Shown in pieces: positions 48,544-55,374 of a stretch of DNA of 55,374 nt. The stretch comes from Chiloscyllium plagiosum (taxonomy: Eukaryota). How positions within the stretch are numbered: the stretch's first letter is position 1; every line of letters begins with the position of its first letter. Location of the stretch: NCBI RefSeq assembly GCF_004010195.1, contig NC_057718.1, positions 93,802,179 through 93,857,552 on the forward strand, read 5' to 3'. Position numbers and translations under genes: made by a program. Below the pieces are notes generated by a model. It ran no database searches and was not told the origin of the DNA. It worked only from the letters and a program-made list of their open reading frames with translations.

Positions 48544-48671
48544 TCCTGAAGAAGGGCTCATGCCCGAAACGTTGATTCTCCTGCTCCTTGGATGCTGCCT
48601 GACCTGCTGCGCTTTTCCAGCAACACATTTTTCAGCTCCGATCTCCAGCATCTGCAGTCCTCACTTTCTCC
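48544..48671 (+). mobile_element. PLE family-A mini-insertion with intact hammerhead core
   Basis: CTGAAGA-A-GGGC-tcat-GCCC-GAA-ACGT-T; TSD TGTGACACTCGGT (48531-48543) / TGTGACACTAGGT (48672-48684). Confidence 0.85.
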
Positions 48672-48944
48672 TGTGACACTAGGTGTTGGTTACACAGGAG
48701 TTTTGCATTTAGCAATAGACACTATGCAAGATTGATAAGGGGCCTTGTTGAATAATTGTAGTGTCCCTACCTCTGAGCATAGAGGCTGAAGTTCTGCTGC
48801 AGAGGTGTGTAGCAGCATCTGTGAACAGATTGATGAGAAAATGTCCAAGCAAGGTTGATGGCACAGGATTGCTGTTCCATTGAGGAGTTCGGTTTATGAA
48901 AAATATCAGTAGAATGAACAACACCTATATGTGGTCATGTGGAC

Positions 48945-50118
48945 TGCACAATGGCTCAGTGGTTAGCGCTGCTGTTTCACAGCGCCAAGGACCTGGGTTC
49001 AATTCCAACTTTGGGTGACTGTCTGTGTGGAGTCGCACATAGAGTCAGCGAGATGTACAGTACGGAACCAGACCCATCGGTCCAACTCATCCATTCTGAC
49101 CAGATATCCCAACCCAATCTAGTCCTACCTGCCAGCACATGGTCCATAACCCTTCCTATTCATATACCCATCTAGATAAATTTTAAATGTTACAATTGTA
49201 CTAGCCTCCACCACTTCCTCTGGCAGCTCATTCCATACACGTACCACCCTCTGAGTGAAATAGTTGCTCCTCAGGACGCTTTTATATCTTTCCTGTCTCA
49301 CCCTAAACCTATGCCCTCTAGTTCTGGCCTCCCCACTTCAAGGAACAGACTTTGACTACTTATTCTATCCATGCCCCTCATGATTTTATAAACGTCTATA
49401 ACGTCACCCCTCAGCCTCTGACAGTCCAGGGAAAACAGCCCCAGCCTATTCAACCTCTCCCAGCTAGCTCAAACCCTCCAACCCTGGCAACAACCTTGTA
49501 ACTCTTTTCTGAAACCTTCCAAGTTTCACAACATCCTTCCGATAGGAAGGAGACCAGATTTGCACGCAATATTCCAACAGTGGTCTTAACCAATGTCCTG
49601 TACAGCCGCAACATGACCTCCCAACTCTTGTACTCAATACTCTGACCAATAAAGAAAGCATACCAAATGCCTTCTTCACTATCCTATCTACCAGCGACTC
49701 CACTTTCAAGGAGCTATGAACCTGCACTCCAAGGTTTCTTTGTTCAGCAATACTCCCTAAGACCTTACCATTAAGTGTTTAAGTCCTGTTAAGATTTGCT
49801 TTCCCAAAACGCAGCACCTCACATTTATCTAAATTAAACTCCATCTGCCACTTCTCAGCCCATTGGCTTTTCTGATCCGGATCCCTCTCCCAGTGTCTGC
49901 GTCGATCCTCCGGGTGCTCCAGTTTCCTCTCTCAGTCCTAAGGTCAGCAGGTTAGGTGGATTGGCCATGGGAAATTGTCCCGTGATGTACAGGGATGTGT
50001 GGCAAGGTGGATTAGCCATGGAAAATGCAGGCAGAGGGTCTGGGTGGTATCGTCTTTGGAGGGTCAGTGCAGACTCTATGGCCAAATGGCCTCTTTCTGC
50101 ACAGAAAGAGTTGTATGA
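48945..50118 (+). mobile_element. HE1 SINE split by a minus-strand CR1 fragment (49038-49880)
   Basis: SINE head to 49037, resuming at CTCTCCCAGTGTCTGCGT (about 49884). The CR1 encodes LRPLLEYCVQIWSP. Confidence 0.85.
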
Positions 50119-51201
50119 AGTAAGTCAGACCTTGCCATCCCTGCTCACCACTCAATGTTTCCCTTGTGCCCTCCCATCACCATCCACGCCTTGATATTGG
50201 CTTCCTATTGCTCAGTTTTAATGAAATTGAAATCAGGCCTTGGCTTTAAAATGTTCACACACCCACAGCGCATCGGTCCCCTCTTGAATTATCCAACCTT
50301 TCCCAGATCCCACATCCCTCCACACCATCCCCATTATACAAAGTGTTCGCCTTCACTCAGTGGTCACACCCTTACCTTGATAGAAACCCAATGCTTTCAG
50401 CTTGACTCTCAGATGCAAGTACGTAACCCAGACTGGCATTTCAGGCCAGGTACTGATGAAGAGTTGACTGCCAAAAACACACTGTCTGATGCGACATTGA
50501 ATGTGTAGGATCCTGTGGCATGGTCAGGAACAGAGCAGGATGTTCTGTCAACTAGTTGTCCTTCAACTAATATCACTAGAGTGGATTACCTGGCTGTTTA
50601 TCTCATTGCTGTTCGTGGCATCCTGCTGTGTGCAAATTGGCTGCTCAGTTTCATTCCTTACAACAGTAGCTGGACTTTGAAATAGATTATTACCTGCAAA
50701 AAGAGCTTTAGAACATTCTGGAGTTGTGAAAGATGTTACGGAAATGCAAAAAGTTACTTTCTTTGCTGTGCATACCTCATCCAAATGTGCCATCTTTAGC
50801 AGGCAAGCCTTCAACCAATTTGATCGCGTTTTCTCTGATTCCATCCTTCTCTCTGTTTCCATTCGAAAGAAAAGGTCTTCACCAAGTTTTGGCCAGTTCT
50901 CCTAACTCTTCCACTTTGGCTCAGTGTCCATTCCTTTTAGCCTTTGAACTCCTCAGTTTTCTTTTCTAGTATTTCTAATATTCAGATACATATTTCGAAG
51001 AAAATGACACTTGAGTTTGTCATCACCCTTACAAAGGGTGAATAACCTTGTTTAATAATTTGTTGATAAGTTTATGATTGAAATGGATATACAATGAAGT
51101 AAGATTACTTATGCACAGCTATGTAGATTTGACTAACTTTATATAGAATTTGAAAGAACCATACATTGAACCCACCTTGTTCAGGCATAATATTACATAC
51201 A

Positions 51202-51488
51202 TTAGATTAGATTCCCTACAGTGTGGAAACAGGCCCTTCGGCGCAACAAGTCCACACCGACCCTCCGAAGAGTAACCCACCCCCATCTAACTAATGCACC
51301 TAGCACTATGAACAATTTAGCATGGCCAATTCACCTGACCTGCACATCTTTGGATTGTGGGAGGAAACCCACGCAAACACAGGGAGAATGTGCAAACTCC
51401 ACACAAACAGGTGCCCGAGGCTGTAATCGAACCTGAGACCCTCGTGCTGTGAGGCAGCAGTGCTAACTGCTGAGTCACCGTGCCGCCC
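51202..51488 (-). mobile_element. HE1 SINE
   Basis: (ATTAG)n tail and reverse-complement HE1 body. Confidence 0.9.
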
Positions 51489-51857
51489 TGTTTCTGGGTG
51501 AGATGTGAACTTGGGCCTTCAGGCTCAGAGGTAAGGACACCACCACTATGCCCAATGTGCTGATTTTTTGCATAGATAAGGCTGATGGAGCTCAGTTTGG
51601 AATGTTTCTCCTGTGCATGAGGGAGGAGGAATAATTCCTCCAAAGATATATCCCTGTTTGCTTTAGTTACCCTGCCCTATGTGCTGCTTCCAACTCAACA
51701 CATTCCAGAACTTGCCTGGAGTTAAAATTGAGGACCTAAAGAGATTTTTTTTTACATACCATAAAATTTGCCAAAAACAGAAACATACAATCGTGTGCAA
51801 GGCGCCACACGTGTTCTCACATAGGACCCTGTCTTTGTAAACAGAAAGAACATGTCC

Positions 51858-53095
51858 ACATAGAGTCAAACAGCACAGAAATAGATTCCTCGGCCCAACC
51901 AGTCCATGCCACAAAGGTTGGCGGTGTTGTAGATAGTGTCAAGGGCTGTTGCATGACATTGACAGGATGTAGAGCTGGGCTGAGAAGTGGCAGATGGAGT
52001 TCAACCTGGATAAATGCGGAGTGATTCGTTTTGGAAGGTCAGATTTAAATGCTGAATACAGGGTTAAAGACAGGATTCTTGGCAGTGTGGAGGAACAGCA
52101 GAATCTTGAGGTCCATGTAAATAGATCCCTCAAAGTTGCCATCCAAGTTGATAGGGTTGTTAAGAAGGCAAATAGTGCTTTGGCTTTCATTTACAGGGGA
52201 TTGAGTTTAAGAGGCGTGAGGTTTTGCTGCAGCTCTCTAAAACCCTGGTTAGACCACACTTGAAATATTGTGACCAGTTGTAGTGGCCTCATTATAGAAA
52301 GGATATAGATGCTCTTGAAAGGGTGCAGAGGAGATTTACCAGGATGCTGCCTGGATTGGAAGGCTTATCTTATGAAGAGAGGTTGAGTGAGCTCAGACTT
52401 TTCACACTGGAGAGAAGAAAGGAAGAGAGGTGACTTGAGAGAGGTGTACAAGGTAATAAGAGGCATAGATAGAGTAGGTAGCCAGAGACTTTTCCCCAGA
52501 GTAGAAATGGCTGTCATGAGGTGTCATAATTTTAAGGTGATTGGAAGAAAGTTTAGGGGAGATGTCAGAGGGAGGGTCTTATTGCAGAGAGTGGTGGGTG
52601 CGTGGAATGCACTGCCAGCAGTGGTAGTAGAGTCAGGAACATTAGGGACATTTAAGCAACTGGTTGATAAGCACATGGACGGCAGTAAGTTGAGGGGTGT
52701 GTAGGTTAGGTTGATATTAGGTTGATTTTGCCTGTCTTCGGATGCTGCCTGAATTGCTGTGCTCTTCCAGCACCACTGATCCAGAATCTGGTTTCCAGCA
52801 TCTGCAGTCATTGTTTTTACCTCTAAGATAAATGTTTGGCCTACCATCGTGGGCCGAAGGGGCTGTACTGTTCTATGTTCTATGCCAAACATAATCCCAA
52901 ACTAAACTAGTCCTACCTCCCTGCTGCTGGCCCATATCCCTCCAAATCTTGCCTATCCATGTAATTTCCAAATGTCTTTTATATGTTATAATTGTAACTT
53001 CCTCAGGAAGTTCGTTCCACACGCAAACCACCCTCTGTGTCAAACATTTGCTCCTCCTGTCTTTTTTAAATCTCTCTCCTCTTTCACCTTAAAAA
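51858..53095. mobile_element. Minus-strand CR1 containing a plus-strand CR1 (about 51913-52881), which contains a PLE tail (52721-52823)
   Basis: The outer element breaks at ATGCCA, duplicated on both sides. The inner element encodes WQMEFNLDKC...QRVVGAWNALP. Confidence 0.85.
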
Positions 53096-53749
53096 TTCCT
53101 GCTTGACCCAGGTTAACAACCCCAATCAGTTACCTTGTAGACAATAAGGTCAACCTGGTTCCAATCACTGCCCAGGTATGGAACATTTGTGTTACAAAGA
53201 AAGGCTGGATAGGCTGTGACCCTTCTGCCTTGCTAATTTATCATACCTCACTTCACCAGAATGTCTTTCGACTAGTTTCCATTATGATCCAATTGTGTGA
53301 GATTTTGAACCTAATGACATTTGGTTAGCTGATTAAAATATTCTATGAGGAGTTGGGTTGAAACTGACAAATTAATTGATTTCAAAAATTTGCTAATATT
53401 TAAATTAACATTCATAAGCTGAATGCACAGTATTGAAACAAGGCTATTTCAACTCATTTTCAAATATCTTGTCTTCTGTTTCCTTCATATTCTCCTTTTG
53501 CAGTAAAGAAGTGCAACTTGTCTGCATTTTAGTAGCAGTTGTCCTTTTGGCCAAACAGCAGAGTTGCAAAGATTGTGACACTTTGAGGAAAAATATTCTT
53601 TCCTCAGATAGGTCTGTCAGCTGCCTGTGGGCTTTTCGCCATTTTTAACCACCTGATGGAATTTTATTTCCAACCAGTGGAGAATCTTCACCAGTCAGTC
53701 ATATTGTCACCTGGTTACCAATCGGAATGACCTATGATTACCATTTGGA

Positions 53750-54605
53750 AGCAATAAACCGGTTAGTAAGGTTAGATCACAAGGAATCAAGAGGGAGTTA
53801 GCCAATTGGACGCAACTGGCTTGAAGGTAAGAGACAGAGGTTGTGGTGGAAGTTTGGTTTTTGGACTGGAGGTCTATCACCAGTGGTATGCCACAAGGAT
53901 CCATGCTGGGTCTGATGGTTTTAAACATTTACAGAAATTATTTGGATGCGAATATAGGAGTTTGGCATGTAAGTTTGCAGATGACACCACACTAAGTGGT
54001 GTAGTGGACAGTAAAGAAGATTATCTCAGAGTACAATGGGACCTCATTCAGATGGGCCAAGGAATGGCAGATGGAGTTTGATTTAGATACATGTGAGATA
54101 TTGCACTTTGGTAAGGCAAACCAGGACAGGGCTTATGAAGGATGAACATTCCTGATGAAGGGCTTATGCCCAGAACATTGACTCTCCTGCTCCTCAGATG
54201 CTGCCTGACCTGCTGTGCTTTTCCAGTGCTGCACTTTTTAACTCTGATGTCTAACATCTGCAATCCTCACTTTCTTCCAGGGCTTATATAGTTTATGATA
54301 GGACACTGGGGGATGTTGCCAAACACAGAGACTTAGGGAGGTGGGTGTATAGTTTGTTGAAAGTGGAGTCAGGTAGACAGGATGGTGAAGAAAGCGTTTG
54401 GCATGCTCGCCTTCATTGATCAGAATATTGAGTATGGGAATTGGGACATCATGCTGCAATGGACATTAGTGAGACCACTTTTAGAATACTGTGTAGAATT
54501 CCGGTCGTCCTTTTATAGGACAAATGTTGGTAAACACGAGAGGATGCAGGAAAGATTTACAATGATGTCGCCAGGACTGGAGGGTTTGAGCTATAGGAAG
54601 GCTGA
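53750..54605 (+). mobile_element. CR1 RT fragment with a PLE family-A insertion (54137-54277)
   Basis: KFADDTTLSGVVD...VKKAFGMLAFI; PLE TSD CAGGGCTTAT at 54127-54136 and 54278-54287. Confidence 0.85.
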
Positions 54606-54607
54606 AT

Positions 54608-54822
54608 TAATCAGTCTTCTTCCCTGCCATTATGAGACTGATGATTGACTCTTGAACTTCAAATAATGTTGATTTTGTTAATGTTGACTTGTCTCACACA
54701 TGTCCTGTACAGTTAAGCAACCTATATGCCTCACTCTATTTTCACCCTATGATCTGTATATCCTTGATCACTGTGATCTCTCTATACTGCTCGCAAACAA
54801 AGCTTTTCACTGTACTTAGGTA
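54608..54822 (+). mobile_element. Rex/Babar-type LINE 3' end (truncated)
   Basis: TTCTTCCCTGCCATTATGAGACTGATG (FFPAIMRLM) followed by a UTR ending AAAGCTTTTCACTGTACTTAGGTA. Confidence 0.6.
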
Positions 54823-54920
54823 AACAGGGAGATAGTGAGGAAAGAGGTCGTTCTGAGACGGGTACAGCTGAGAACTGACGTGAGTCAAACAGTCAGGGCA
54901 GGCAGGGACAAGGTAGGACT

Positions 54921-55374
54921 AATAAATTAAGTTGCATTTATTTAAATGCAAGGGGCCTAACAGGGAAGGCAGATGAACTCAGGGCATGGTTAGGAACATG
55001 GGACTGGGATATCATAGCAGTTAAGGAAACATGGCTTAGGGATGAGCAGGACTGGCAGCTGAATGTTCCAGGATACAAATGCTACAGGAAGGATAGAAAG
55101 GGAGGCAAAAGTGGAGGGGGAGTGGCATTTTTGATAAGGGATAGCATTACAGCTGTGCAAAGGGAGGATATTCCCGGAAATACATCCAGGGAAGTTATTT
55201 GGGTGGAACTGAGAAATAAGAAAGGGATGATCACCTTATTGGGATTGTATTATAGACCCCCCAATAGTCAGAGGGAAATTGAGAAACAAACTTGCAAGGA
55301 GATCTCAGCTATCTGTAAGAATAATACGATGGTTATGGTGGGGGATTTTAACTTTCCAAACATAGACTGGGACT
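54921..55374 (+). mobile_element. CR1 ORF2 N-terminal APE endonuclease domain, uninterrupted and running off the window
   Basis: Manual translation of 151 stop-free codons: NKLSCIYLNARGLTGKADEL...IIAVKETWL...YRKDRKGGKSGGGVAFLI...GLYYRPPNS...VMVGDFNFPNIDWD. Confidence 0.9.

Overview
Vertebrate non-coding DNA, very likely from a shark. The repeat complement (HE1/V-type tRNA SINEs, HER1/CR1 LINEs, Deu-domain SINEs, Neptune-type Penelope elements) resembles bamboo-shark (Chiloscyllium-like) assemblies; this is inference from remembered repeat families, not a search. I cannot support any host protein-coding exon. Almost every entry in the ORF track is a retroelement fragment, a microsatellite or an artefact of the 899-N gap (42394-43292). 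About half the window is nested retroelement debris, and several repeat-free islands look like candidate enhancers. The most notable signal is a set of more than a dozen short Penelope-derived insertions in three families, most carrying a minimal type-I hammerhead ribozyme motif or a decayed copy of it (CUGANGA+A, stem II, GAA, palindromic tetramer). Several have target-site duplications and inverted or twin-primed architectures, and a GIY-YIG endonuclease segment from a likely partner element lies at 41849-42393. Other notable features: a non-coding retroelement family with a Rex/Babar-type tail whose 3' hairpin covaries between copies, a Vingi-like LINE fossil, a candidate solo LTR, and an uninterrupted CR1 endonuclease reading frame running off the right edge. 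Repeat boundaries were read by eye and are approximate (about 10-30 bp) unless a TSD is quoted.
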